Shown here one piece after another: positions 17,103 through 25,612 of a stretch of DNA of 30,912 nucleotides. The number at the start of each line of letters is the position of its first letter. Within the stretch, counting starts at the first letter, position 1. The notes below the pieces were generated by a model. It did no database searches, was not told the origin of the DNA, and saw only the letters and a program-made list of their open reading frames with translations. This stretch comes from Candidatus Micrarchaeota archaeon (lineage in GTDB: Archaea > Micrarchaeota > Micrarchaeia > Anstonellales > Bilamarchaeaceae): contig JBFMEZ010000019.1 of NCBI GenBank assembly GCA_040753215.1, positions 1 through 30,912 of the forward strand, written 5' to 3'. The translations under genes and the position numbers were made by a program.

Positions 17103-17834
17103 ATGGTGAAAGCTCAGGACAAGTGCCGAAGGCCCCCAGTGGCCATTCGGCACCTACGCCGCGCAAGCCTGCGCGGTTGTTCTGGGCTTTCAATAGGAAG
17201 GATGCTCCTTCTTATGCAGAGGGAGTCCTCCTGGAGGGGGGCTCCCATCCTTTCCGTAGAATCAGCAGTCGGAAGGGGCCCGTTCGCAATCCTTGTTTTC
17301 ACAGCCCTCTCGGCCCGCACCCGCGACGAAACCACGATAAGGGCGGGAAAGAGGCTCCTTTCAAAAGCTCCGTCTCCGGAAAAGCTCTCCCGCCTCCCGG
17401 TCCCGCAGATCCGGAAGCTGATATACCCGGTTGGCTTCTACAGGACCAAGGCAAGGCATCTCCACTCGCTTGCCTGCAGGCTCATATTTGTTTTCGGGGG
17501 CAGAGTCCCATCCGATTTCAAATCCCTCACCTCCCTTCCCGGGGTGGGGGCGAAAACCGCAAACATAGTGCTCGCATCCGCTTTCGGGAAGGACACGATA
17601 GGGGCGGATACCCACGTGCACAGGATAAGCAACCGCCTCGGCCTCGTAAAAACAAAATCCCCAGAGAAAACAGGCGATGCGCTCGGGCGCATAATCCCGG
17701 ACAAATACAAAAGAAAGCTGAATATGGCGATGGTCGCCTTCGGGCAGACCGTATGCACCCCCCTCCGCCCAAAGTGCTCCGAATGCCCGCTCACAAAAGC
17801 CTGCCCAAAAATAGGGGTTATCAACCCACGGTAA
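17103..17834 (+). CDS. nth: Endonuclease III (HhH-GPD glycosylase with 4Fe-4S cluster)
   Basis: LSARTRD, VGFYRTKA, LPGVGAKTA, ADTHVHRISNRLG, C-x6-C-x2-C-x5-C; start uncertain. Confidence 0.93.
   Translation: MVKAQDKCRRPPVAIRHLRRASLRGCSGLSIGRMLLLMQRESSWRGAPILSVESAVGRGPFAILVFTALSARTRDETTIRAGKRLLSKAPSPEKLSRLPVPQIRKLIYPVGFYRTKARHLHSLACRLIFVFGGRVPSDFKSLTSLPGVGAKTANIVLASAFGKDTIGADTHVHRISNRLGLVKTKSPEKTGDALGRIIPDKYKRKLNMAMVAFGQTVCTPLRPKCSECPLTKACPKIGVINPR
17123..17176. repeat. Two adjacent GC-rich hairpins in the nth 5' region
   Basis: GTGCCGAA-GGCC...GGCC-A-TTCGGCAC (17123-17153) and CCGCGCA-AGCC-TGCGCGG (17159-17176). Confidence 0.6.
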
Positions 17835-17848
17835 AGTCAAAAGCCCCC

Positions 17849-17877
17849 AAGAGGAAGGGGGTGTCCCCCCTTCTCTT
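17849..17877. repeat. REP-like palindrome AGGGGG-TGT-CCCCCCT between convergent nth and mvk
   Basis: GAAGGGGG/CCCCCTTC stem; near-identical core in reverse orientation at 23154-23173. Confidence 0.65.
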
Positions 17878-17899
17878 CAGGGTAATCATAACCCCCCGA

Positions 17900-18865
17900 T
17901 TATGCAATAGTAAAATCAAAAGCCCCGTACTTCTCTAACTTTTTCGCAATCTCCCCTGCCTTCTTCCCGTCCGGCGCAAGTATGAGCACGCACCCTCCTC
18001 CTCCCGCGCCCGTGATTTTTGCGCCCAGTGCCCCGCTCTCCAGCGCAATCTTCCTTATCTCATCTATTGCAGGTGTAGAGAGCCCGAGCCTCTCCAGGAG
18101 CGCATTATTTTCATTCATCAGTTCCCCCAGCTTCCCGGCGTCCCCCCTTCCCAGCGCAATAACAGCCCCGCCCACTATCCGCTCCTCCTCGTCCATCATC
18201 CCTGCAAATTCCGCAGGCTCCTTCGCCCTCACCCCCGAAACCTTCTCCACCAGTTCCCTTGTCGGCCCCTTCACCCCGGAATTCGCAATGACGAAGTGGA
18301 ATTTCCCTCCAATCCTGAGCTGCTCCGGCTCCTTCCCCTTCCTGAACAGCATAACCCCCCCAAACGCCGCCAGCGCATTGTCTATCCCCGAAGGGTTCCC
18401 GTGGAACACCTTCTCCCCCTCGTATGCGGCTGCCGCGGCCTCTCCGCCGCTCATCTCTTTCCCGGCAGCCCTGCCCGCTGCCCTCGCAAGCGCCACGCAA
18501 TACGAAGCGCTCCACCCCATCCCCGCGCTCGCAGGAAGCCCGCTTTCCATAAATATTTCATAATTGGCGTTTCCCGCCACCGTCTCCAGAATCCTCCTGC
18601 TCGCCTCCTTCAGCAACTCCCCGCATTCGAACGCAAACCTCGGGGAGGGCGCCTTCTTCAGCCTCACGGCGGTCTTTCTGGGTATGCCCATCCCTATGCC
18701 CCGCGCCCCGTGCACCACGAAGTGCTCGCCGATAAGTATGGCTTTCCCGTATCCAGTGCCTTCGGCAGTTTTCCAGTTTCCAGTTTCCCGTTTACGGCTG
18801 CTGGCCGCAGGCTGCAGTTTGCCGTATTCCGGGCTGCTTTTCCTGCCCTCCCGCTCCTTCTCCAT
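17900..18865 (-). CDS. mvk: Mevalonate kinase (GHMP family)
   Basis: GKAILIGEHFVVHG, LPASAGMGWSAS, HGNPSGID, GAKITGAGGGG. Confidence 0.9.
   Translation of the reverse strand: MEKEREGRKSSPEYGKLQPAASSRKRETGNWKTAEGTGYGKAILIGEHFVVHGARGIGMGIPRKTAVRLKKAPSPRFAFECGELLKEASRRILETVAGNANYEIFMESGLPASAGMGWSASYCVALARAAGRAAGKEMSGGEAAAAAYEGEKVFHGNPSGIDNALAAFGGVMLFRKGKEPEQLRIGGKFHFVIANSGVKGPTRELVEKVSGVRAKEPAEFAGMMDEEERIVGGAVIALGRGDAGKLGELMNENNALLERLGLSTPAIDEIRKIALESGALGAKITGAGGGGCVLILAPDGKKAGEIAKKLEKYGAFDFTIA
18766..18835. repeat. Degenerate tandem heptamer repeat (CCRGTTT-like) in the mvk N-terminal extension
   Basis: CAGTTTT CCAGTTT CCAGTTT CCCGTTT ACGGCTG ... about 10 units. Confidence 0.6.
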
Positions 18866-18920
18866 AGAGGAAGGAAGGCAACCAAAAGTTATTTAATCCT
18901 CCACTTTTTAGCCTTAAACC

Positions 18921-20129
18921 ATGTCCAAAGCCATCATTCTCGTCATGGACGGCCTCGGGGACCTTCCCGACGCAAAGGGATACACGCCCCTCTCGGCGGC
19001 CCTGAAGCCGAATATGGACAGGCTGGCTGAGGAGGGCACGACGGGCCTTTTCTGCTCCATAGGGGAAGGGATGGTGCCTGGAAGCGACACCTCCCACCTG
19101 GGCATATTCGGCTACGACCACTCAAGGTACTATCCGGGGAGGGGCCCGCTGGAAGCCCTGGGCGCCCGCTTCCCGCTCAAGGAGGGTGATATCGCCCTGC
19201 GCGCCAACTTCGCTACCGTTGACAACGGGAAAATCCAGGACAGGCGCGCCGGCCGCATCACATCCGATGAGGGGAAGCTCTTCGCAAGGTACGTGCAGAA
19301 GCTGAAGGTGGGCACTGGCATAGATGCGCTTTTCCAGCCCACCGTCGAGCACCGCGGCATACTGGTCCTGCGCGGCAGGAAGCTCAGCCCAAAAATAACC
19401 CCCACCGACCCTCATGCAACCGGCATCCTTCCCAAGTCCATGCCCCTGGACCCGAAGGACAGGGATGCGAAGCGCACCGCGGAAGCCCTGAACAAGTTCA
19501 CAAAACTCGCCATGCAGAAGCTGGAGAAGGCGAAGGAAAACAAGCCCCGCAGGAAGCCGGTCAACGCGATAATCGCCCGTGGTGCGGGCACATATTCCAA
19601 AATCCCGTCGCTGTACGACCGGTTCGGCATCCGCGGCGCCTGCATCGCCGGCGGCGCCCTCTACAGGGGCGTTTCATCCTATGTGGGGATGGATGTGGTT
19701 GATGTGAAGGGCGCGACCGGGACTGCGGAAACGGACCTGAAGGCGAAGGGCAAGGCCGCAATCCAGGCGCTCTGGTCCCACGATTTCGTATTCGTGCACA
19801 TAAAGGCGACGGACTCCTTCTCCCACGACGGCAATTTTGAGGGCAAGAAGAACTTCATCGCAAAGGTCGACAAGGAAATCATCCCCATCCTTCTCCGCGG
19901 CAACTGCCACATACTCATCACCGGCGACCATTCAACGCCCGTAAAAAGGAGGGTGCATTCGGGGGACCCCGCCCCCCTCCTCGCCTGGGGCCCGGACGTG
20001 CGCAGGGACGATTCCACAAAATTCGACGAATTCGCCTGCGCAAAAGGCGGGCTCGGCCACCTCCGCGGGACGGAACTGTTCCACGTTATGCTGAACCTCA
20101 TCGGAAAAGCGCCGATGGTAGGGACTTAG
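18921..20129 (+). CDS. apgM: 2,3-bisphosphoglycerate-independent phosphoglycerate mutase, archaeal type
   Basis: MDGLGD, PGSDTSHL, YYPGRGPLEA, HIKATDSFSHDG, TGDHSTP. Confidence 0.94.
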   Translation: MSKAIILVMDGLGDLPDAKGYTPLSAALKPNMDRLAEEGTTGLFCSIGEGMVPGSDTSHLGIFGYDHSRYYPGRGPLEALGARFPLKEGDIALRANFATVDNGKIQDRRAGRITSDEGKLFARYVQKLKVGTGIDALFQPTVEHRGILVLRGRKLSPKITPTDPHATGILPKSMPLDPKDRDAKRTAEALNKFTKLAMQKLEKAKENKPRRKPVNAIIARGAGTYSKIPSLYDRFGIRGACIAGGALYRGVSSYVGMDVVDVKGATGTAETDLKAKGKAAIQALWSHDFVFVHIKATDSFSHDGNFEGKKNFIAKVDKEIIPILLRGNCHILITGDHSTPVKRRVHSGDPAPLLAWGPDVRRDDSTKFDEFACAKGGLGHLRGTELFHVMLNLIGKAPMVGT

Positions 20130-21332
20130 TCAGTTCACGAATTCGGCACGTTCGCATTCAGAAGCAGGATGGATATGGCCGTTCATATCGCGAGCCAGCC
20201 CCATGTACGCGTCAAATCTTTGAACGCAACTGCGGTGGCCAGCCAGCCCTTCGATTACCTTTCCTAAAAGTCCCTGGGGACCGCTTTCCATCCATGCATT
20301 CTCATGTGCCATGCTGCTCAGGATAAGCATTACTGCTTTCGCATTGTCACAGAGAAGCGTCGTGGCAGCCCAGAGCGTGTGGCAGGCGCGGCATGTTATC
20401 TGGTGCACATACTCCCTCTCAGCGGATTCCCTGACGCTTTCAACCGCAGGGCTTTCGGAAGGGTTGATTATGCTTCTTGCCGTATCGATGCCCGCGTGCG
20501 CGCAATCAGGAGTCCACAACCTGCTGCCTTCGTGGATGGCATGCCCTATAGCGGCTGCCCTTACGCCGCCCTCATTTACGAATTCCTCGCTTCTACTGCC
20601 CACATTATTCATGAGATTCCTCGCCTCGCTGGCCGCTCTCTTGAGAACAAGAAGCGAACGAAGTGCATCGCCATCAAGCACCTCAACAGCCGTGATGGGG
20701 TGGCTTCCATCCAGGCCCAATATCCCGGGCGGCGCAAACCTCATGATTTTTGCCCCGCTTCCCTGAGGGATAAGCACACAGGGCTCCTGGAAGGCGAAAG
20801 TGCCACTTTGCCCAACCACATTTGCCGGAATGCCTGCGGCGGCGATTGCCTGCCCAAAGAACTCCCTGCTGAGATGCGCGACAGCATAGAAACTTTCGAT
20901 GCCAAGCCTTCTGAGGACAGAGACAGTGAGCATCGTTATCTCCTGGCTGTCCGTTATCCTGGCAAGGCTATCGTTGTGCCTGATTGGTTCCGAAGAGGCC
21001 ACTTCTCCCGCGGTCTGTTTCTCATCCACATCCGGGCCTTTTCTCACCGCAAGTATGAACGGCACCCTCAGCCAGGAGGCCTCTCCCATGGAAAAGCCCG
21101 CAGGGAGGTTCTGGGGCGCAAGAGTAAGCAGAGTTGCAGTAAGTTCGTCATGGGGGCTGAGTTTCAGTCTCTGTCTTACGTTGTTGACAATCTCTCCAAG
21201 GGCATCCTTCCTGTCCGAATAAGGACCCTCCAATCTCAGCCCCTGGTCCCTGAATTCGTCCCTTACCCTTCGCAGCTGTGCAGAGGTTACTGCCGGTTTT
21301 CCGGATGCGAGTATGAAAACTGAGCGTGACAT
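20130..21332 (-). CDS. Hypothetical protein; possible degenerate transglutaminase-like segment and Cys/His-rich C-terminus
   Basis: 400-aa ORF abutting the apgM stop; TATA-like TTTTTATA at 21364-21357; no confident family. Confidence 0.7.
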   Translation of the reverse strand: MSRSVFILASGKPAVTSAQLRRVRDEFRDQGLRLEGPYSDRKDALGEIVNNVRQRLKLSPHDELTATLLTLAPQNLPAGFSMGEASWLRVPFILAVRKGPDVDEKQTAGEVASSEPIRHNDSLARITDSQEITMLTVSVLRRLGIESFYAVAHLSREFFGQAIAAAGIPANVVGQSGTFAFQEPCVLIPQGSGAKIMRFAPPGILGLDGSHPITAVEVLDGDALRSLLVLKRAASEARNLMNNVGSRSEEFVNEGGVRAAAIGHAIHEGSRLWTPDCAHAGIDTARSIINPSESPAVESVRESAEREYVHQITCRACHTLWAATTLLCDNAKAVMLILSSMAHENAWMESGPQGLLGKVIEGLAGHRSCVQRFDAYMGLARDMNGHIHPASECERAEFVN

Positions 21333-21436
21333 AATATACTATTGTATCACACAAGTTATAAAAAGTTAACTAATTTGGCAGATGCATGAAAGTCTGCCGA
21401 CAAGACCGTGCTGCTGCACCAATGCTTCAGATTATA

Positions 21437-21464
21437 GAAAGGAAAAATAAAAACAAAAAGGAAA
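21437..21464 (-). terminator. Oligo-T archaeal terminator of the pilus operon
   Basis: TTTCCTTTTTGTTTTTATTTTTCCTTTC on the minus strand right after the pilin stop. Confidence 0.6.
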
Positions 21465-21465
21465 C

Positions 21466-22059
21466 CTATTGCGCCTGCTGCGTGACCTTTGAAATCACGT
21501 TCGCCTTTATCTGGTGCTGCACGTTCGGGTCTATGTCATTCTCGTAATTGTACCAGATGACCAGCTTGCCCCTGAACTCCTGCCCCGGCTGCGAGCTTAT
21601 GCGGTCGCCCTGCGCGTTGTAGCAGTTCAGGCCCGTGAGCGTCAGCGAATCGCCGCTCGGCACCTGGTCGTTTGCAACCTGTTCCCTCACATCAGGAAGC
21701 TCGGCGCCTGGCGCATTGGTGCAAAGCGCATACCTGACTATTATCGGCTGCCCCACCTGGTTCCACACCTTCACGTTCATCCTGAGGTCGTTGCTCTGCC
21801 CGGTCACGTAAAGCTGCGGCGGCGGCTCGTTGCAGGTGAAGCCCGCCTGCTCGAACAGGCAGACCTCCGGGGCCCTGAACGGGTTCAGGAATATGAGCGC
21901 GGCAATCACGAGCACTATCGCGAGGATTGCCCACCCGTACGTCATCAGGTACTCCATTGCTGCCTGGCCCTTCCGGTTTCCCGTTCCCGGTTCCCCGTTT
22001 CCGGAAACTGAAAGCTGGAAACCGGAGACCGGCTTTGCCTGGCCTTTCATCATTTTCAT
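21466..22059 (-). CDS. Type IV pilin-like protein with class III signal peptide
   Basis: RKG|QAAMEYLMTYGWAILAIVLVIAALIFL; four Cys in the globular domain; RBS GAGGTG before ATG 22059. Confidence 0.88.
   Translation of the reverse strand: MKMMKGQAKPVSGFQLSVSGNGEPGTGNRKGQAAMEYLMTYGWAILAIVLVIAALIFLNPFRAPEVCLFEQAGFTCNEPPPQLYVTGQSNDLRMNVKVWNQVGQPIIVRYALCTNAPGAELPDVREQVANDQVPSGDSLTLTGLNCYNAQGDRISSQPGQEFRGKLVIWYNYENDIDPNVQHQIKANVISKVTQQAQ
21961..22047. repeat. In-frame palindromic heptamer insertion flanked by a direct repeat in the pilin leader
   Basis: 60-nt imperfect palindrome 21973-22032; TGCCTGGCC at 21961 and 22036 (75 nt apart). Confidence 0.8.
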
Positions 22060-22069
22060 TCCATACACC

Positions 22070-23125
22070 TCATATTAGCATTGATGCGAATACCGACTGC
22101 AGGAAGGACGACACAATGAAATAGATTATGTACGAGACCACAAGCATGAACGGGAAGAACTTGAGCCCCTGCATCTTGGAGCCGGCCTGTATCACCCCCA
22201 GTATGAGGGAAGCGATAAGGCACGTGATGAATATCGTCGCTATGCTGAACCACTGGAACTCATCAGCGGTTATGACCGGGGCGGACGGCTGTATGAAGGT
22301 CATCTGCGGCACCTCGCCCCCCAGCCCGCCGGCGGGCAGGTAGGAGAACGCTACCGAGAGCACGACGATGAGCTTGTTCGCGACCGAAAACAGGAACGGC
22401 GTGCCGATTGTGGAGGCGAACACGAGGAATATCACGTATACGAGCAGCGTGGATGCTATGTCCTTCTTCTGTATCGCCACCTCCCTTGCATCCGCGGCGG
22501 TGATCTCCAGGATTTCGGCCACCTCCCCTCCGGTTGCCATCGCCTGCTTCACCAGCAGCACTGTCCTTTCCAGGACCTTTGAGTTGAACCTCGTCGCCAG
22601 CCTGTCCAGCGCCCTTTCAAACGGCTCCCCGCTGAACGAGCTCTTTATCACGCTCTTCACTTCCATCGAGAGTATGCCGAATTCGGGCTTGGCCGCATAC
22701 CACATCGCCTGGTCCACCGTCATCCCGGAGCGCACGTTCGCCGCAATCAGGGAGAGGAAATCCGGCAGCGCGGCCTCCACGGCCGCCCTCCTCGCCTCAA
22801 TCTGCAGCAGGAGGAAGACCCATGCGAGCATCCATTCCGCAAACCCGACCACGGCAGCCGCTATGGCCAGCGTAAGCGCCCAGTTCACGATGTCCGGCAT
22901 GCTGAACGTGGGGCCGAGCACTGCGATGAGGAAGGAGTAGAGCGCAGAATAGTTCAGCATGAGGAAGAACACAAGCAGCGATACGAGCGCCCACACGATT
23001 GCGAGGAAGCCCACGAACGCCTCCGCAGACTGCCCGTACCCCGCATTCCTTACCATCTTCTCGGTTTCCCTTATCCTTTCCCTGGAGAAGAGCCTTCCGA
23101 CCGTTTCATAAAAGCCAATCAGCAT
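22070..23125 (-). CDS. Type IV pilus / T2SS-F family membrane platform protein (TadC/ArlJ-like)
   Basis: VEAALPDFLSLIAANVRSGMT, GEPFERAL, TGGEVAEIL; multiple TM segments. Confidence 0.9.
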   Translation of the reverse strand: MLIGFYETVGRLFSRERIRETEKMVRNAGYGQSAEAFVGFLAIVWALVSLLVFFLMLNYSALYSFLIAVLGPTFSMPDIVNWALTLAIAAAVVGFAEWMLAWVFLLLQIEARRAAVEAALPDFLSLIAANVRSGMTVDQAMWYAAKPEFGILSMEVKSVIKSSFSGEPFERALDRLATRFNSKVLERTVLLVKQAMATGGEVAEILEITAADAREVAIQKKDIASTLLVYVIFLVFASTIGTPFLFSVANKLIVVLSVAFSYLPAGGLGGEVPQMTFIQPSAPVITADEFQWFSIATIFITCLIASLILGVIQAGSKMQGLKFFPFMLVVSYIIYFIVSSFLQSVFASMLI

Positions 23126-23134
23126 GCAAACCCC

Positions 23135-23256
23135 TCATATCACACCGAACCGCGGAGGGGGACACCCCCCTCCCCAGTTTGAGGGCCCTCCTGGCCCTCC
23201 CCCACGCCTTTTCCGTTCCAATCCAAAAAAATAATGAAGGCCCATATCAGATCACA
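23135..23256. repeat. Intergenic twin-hairpin element bracketed by an imperfect duplicate of the upstream gene's stop region
   Basis: Hairpins 23154-23173 and 23181-23199; TCATATCACA 23135 vs TCAGATCACA 23247. Confidence 0.55.
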
Positions 23257-24137
23257 TATTTAGGCCTGGAGCTTTCCACCATCGCGAGGAACAGGAACTG
23301 CACAATCGCAATCAGCAGAAACACCAGCACCAGCAGCGATGCGGTTACCCCGAACCTCCCGGCGCCGAGCAGCGAGAACAGGATGACCGCGAACGCAAGC
23401 CCCAGCGAAGGGAATATTATCCCGAAAATCATGTAGAACATGACCAGGGGGTTCAGCTTCTGCCCGTATGCCTTGAGCGCAATCACCTGCTCCCTGAACA
23501 CCTGGTTGAGCACGACCTCAAGGGAATCCGCAACGTCCGAGCCGGAGCTTATCGAGTTCGCGATCTGGAGCATTATCCTGTTGAAATCGTTGGACGGGCA
23601 GTTCTGTATCACCTCCCTTATCGCCTGCGTCATAGAGACCCCAAGCGTGACCTTCTCCACTATCCTGTTGAACTCGTCGCTGACCGCCCCGTACCCTTTC
23701 GAGACCCCCACTAGCGAATCGAACAGCGGCATCCCGGATTTTAGCGCGATGAGGAGGTGCCTCCCCGCGAACACGAGCTCGTAATCTATGTCCCTCCTCC
23801 TCTTCGCTATCTTCACGTCCGGGTACAGCATGAAATACTGGAACGACAGGAAAAGGTAAACGAAGAACAGCGGGACGAGCCAGAGTATTTCCGCGTTCAC
23901 TGTGTTGAAAAACAGCGCGGTTGCCACCATGAGCAGGACCGTGAGGATTGCGGCGCTCCCTACCGCCCGGTCAAGGAATTCCTCCGGGGTTTTCTCCATC
24001 CCCGCCATCACGAGCTTCTTTTTCAGGCCGGTGTAATACGGGAGCAGCCACTCCGAAACCAGCCTCACGGGCTTCGCGCCCTTCCTCGCCTCCCTCACCG
24101 GCAGCGCAACGGGGCTCACTCTTGGTTTTTTCTCCAT
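23247..24137 (-). CDS. Type IV pilus / T2SS-F family membrane platform protein (TadB/C-like)
   Basis: IDYELVFAGRHLLIALKSGMPL, YGAVSDEF, SGSDVADSL, YGQKLNPL. Confidence 0.9.
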   Translation of the reverse strand: MEKKPRVSPVALPVREARKGAKPVRLVSEWLLPYYTGLKKKLVMAGMEKTPEEFLDRAVGSAAILTVLLMVATALFFNTVNAEILWLVPLFFVYLFLSFQYFMLYPDVKIAKRRRDIDYELVFAGRHLLIALKSGMPLFDSLVGVSKGYGAVSDEFNRIVEKVTLGVSMTQAIREVIQNCPSNDFNRIMLQIANSISSGSDVADSLEVVLNQVFREQVIALKAYGQKLNPLVMFYMIFGIIFPSLGLAFAVILFSLLGAGRFGVTASLLVLVFLLIAIVQFLFLAMVESSRPKYVI

Positions 24138-24277
24138 CCGCTCACCATCCTCCTTTTTTCACCGCAAACCTCGCCATGGGCTCGGTTCGCTCTGCCATTG
24201 GGTTGCCTCGCTCGCGCCTGCTCGCTCGGCGCAAAAAGGAGCCCAAAAACATCCCCGTCATCCATCCGCTCACCATC
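24133..24277. mobile_element. MITE/REP-like element between 17-nt perfect direct repeats
   Basis: TCCATCCGCTCACCATC at 24133-24149 and 24261-24277; inner inverted repeats TGGGCTC/GAGCCCA (24177-24245); tandem-GA hairpin 24205-24230. Confidence 0.7.
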
Positions 24278-24294
24278 TTATTTCTCCATAATCT

Positions 24295-25608
24295 TTATTT
24301 ACGCTTCTCCCGCAGCTTCTTCCTCGCCTCGGCGAGCGCCTCAACCCTGGTCATCTCGCCCCTCGAATACCTTTCATAAGCCAGTTCCTCTTCCGTCTGG
24401 AGGTATGCGAGAAGCTCCTCGTCGCTCATCTCCTCCGCGCCCGCCCTCGCAGGCGCGGCACCCGCCCTCCTCTTCCCGAGCGCCGCATCGATTTCGCTCC
24501 AGATGGAATCCCGGAGCGCCCCGAATTCCGCGGCATACGCGGAGGCCAGCCTCACCCTCATCTCCGCCATCTCTTTCGTGCCCTTCCCCTTCCTCTCCAG
24601 CTCGTCCAGCTCCGCCACATGCTTCTCCGCAAGGTACTTGCCGTAATCCGCGGCAAGCGCAGCCACCTGCCCCCTGAGCATTGATGCCTTCTCCTCAAGC
24701 GCGGGCAGCGCCTCCGCGCCCCTGCCCAGCGCCGCCTCTTCGTCGAAATACTTCAGCAGCGGCGCGAACGCACTCTCGTATCCCTCGCTCACCGCCTTCT
24801 TTGCTGATGAAAGCTCGTATTCCTGGTCGTTCTTCACCACGATAAAGATGTCCGCCTTCGGCTTCGCCTTCCCCTCCGCTTCCGCAAGTATGTTCTTGAG
24901 CGTGACGATTTCCTTCTTTATCTCCTCCCTCCTGTCAATGGATTTCTCCCTGAACAATTCGCGCGTCAGCTCCAGCATCCTCTTTTTCGCCTTCTCCCTG
25001 TCCATCTTCGCCCCGGCCTTTATCTCGCTCCCGAACTGCCTCTCGAGCTTCTCCACGGTTTCCATCGCGCTCTCCGCAGGCGGTGCCATGAGCACCGGGG
25101 GAATCCTCAGCGATACCTCGGGCGCGGCCCCGGGAATCCCCGGCAGCGCGGCTTCCGGGGGCCTCGGCGCCTCCGGCGGCCCCACCTCTATTATCTCCCT
25201 GGGCTTCGCTTCCGGCTTTTCAAATTCCACCACCTCGGCCGGCTTCTCCTCCTTCCGCTCAATCTCCATTTCCAGAGGCGGCGCGGGCAGGGCAGGCGGC
25301 TTCGCCTCCGCCCTTGGCGGTGCGGCCTTCTCCGGAACCCTCGCAGGCACCACTATCGGCACCTCCGCCTCGGGTTTCGGCGCCTCGGGCGCAACCCCGT
25401 AAATCTCCCTCTGCAGCATCGCCGCGCCCGCAATCACCTTCTCCACCCTCCCGTATAGCGCGAGCGCTTCAGCGTAGCTCATCTCCGCGTATTCGGCGGG
25501 GGAGAGCTCCAGCCTCTTCTTCGCCTTCGCGGGCGCAGCCGGAAGCTCGTACTCCAGCGCCTTCTCCTCGACCATGCGCACAAGCTCCGCAGCTTCCGCG
25601 AATTCCAT
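24295..25608 (-). CDS. Hypothetical helical protein with Pro/Glu-rich linker and SHOCT-like C-terminus (pilus operon)
   Basis: Starts 5 nt after the ATPase stop; C-terminal ERYSRGEMTRVE. Confidence 0.8.
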   Translation of the reverse strand: MEFAEAAELVRMVEEKALEYELPAAPAKAKKRLELSPAEYAEMSYAEALALYGRVEKVIAGAAMLQREIYGVAPEAPKPEAEVPIVVPARVPEKAAPPRAEAKPPALPAPPLEMEIERKEEKPAEVVEFEKPEAKPREIIEVGPPEAPRPPEAALPGIPGAAPEVSLRIPPVLMAPPAESAMETVEKLERQFGSEIKAGAKMDREKAKKRMLELTRELFREKSIDRREEIKKEIVTLKNILAEAEGKAKPKADIFIVVKNDQEYELSSAKKAVSEGYESAFAPLLKYFDEEAALGRGAEALPALEEKASMLRGQVAALAADYGKYLAEKHVAELDELERKGKGTKEMAEMRVRLASAYAAEFGALRDSIWSEIDAALGKRRAGAAPARAGAEEMSDEELLAYLQTEEELAYERYSRGEMTRVEALAEARKKLREKRK

Positions 25609-25612
25609 GCCT

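Noticed and set aside
18743..18827. YGK duplication 75 nt apart in mvk as a target-site duplication
   Set aside because: Only 9/10 nt match and the upstream copy fits the degenerate heptamer register, so it may be chance; kept only as part of the heptamer family
20378..20392. CxxCH (CRACH) as a c-type heme site
   Set aside because: Single motif in a protein without signal peptide or TM anchor and no cytochrome c maturation genes in view; metal binding or chance is more likely
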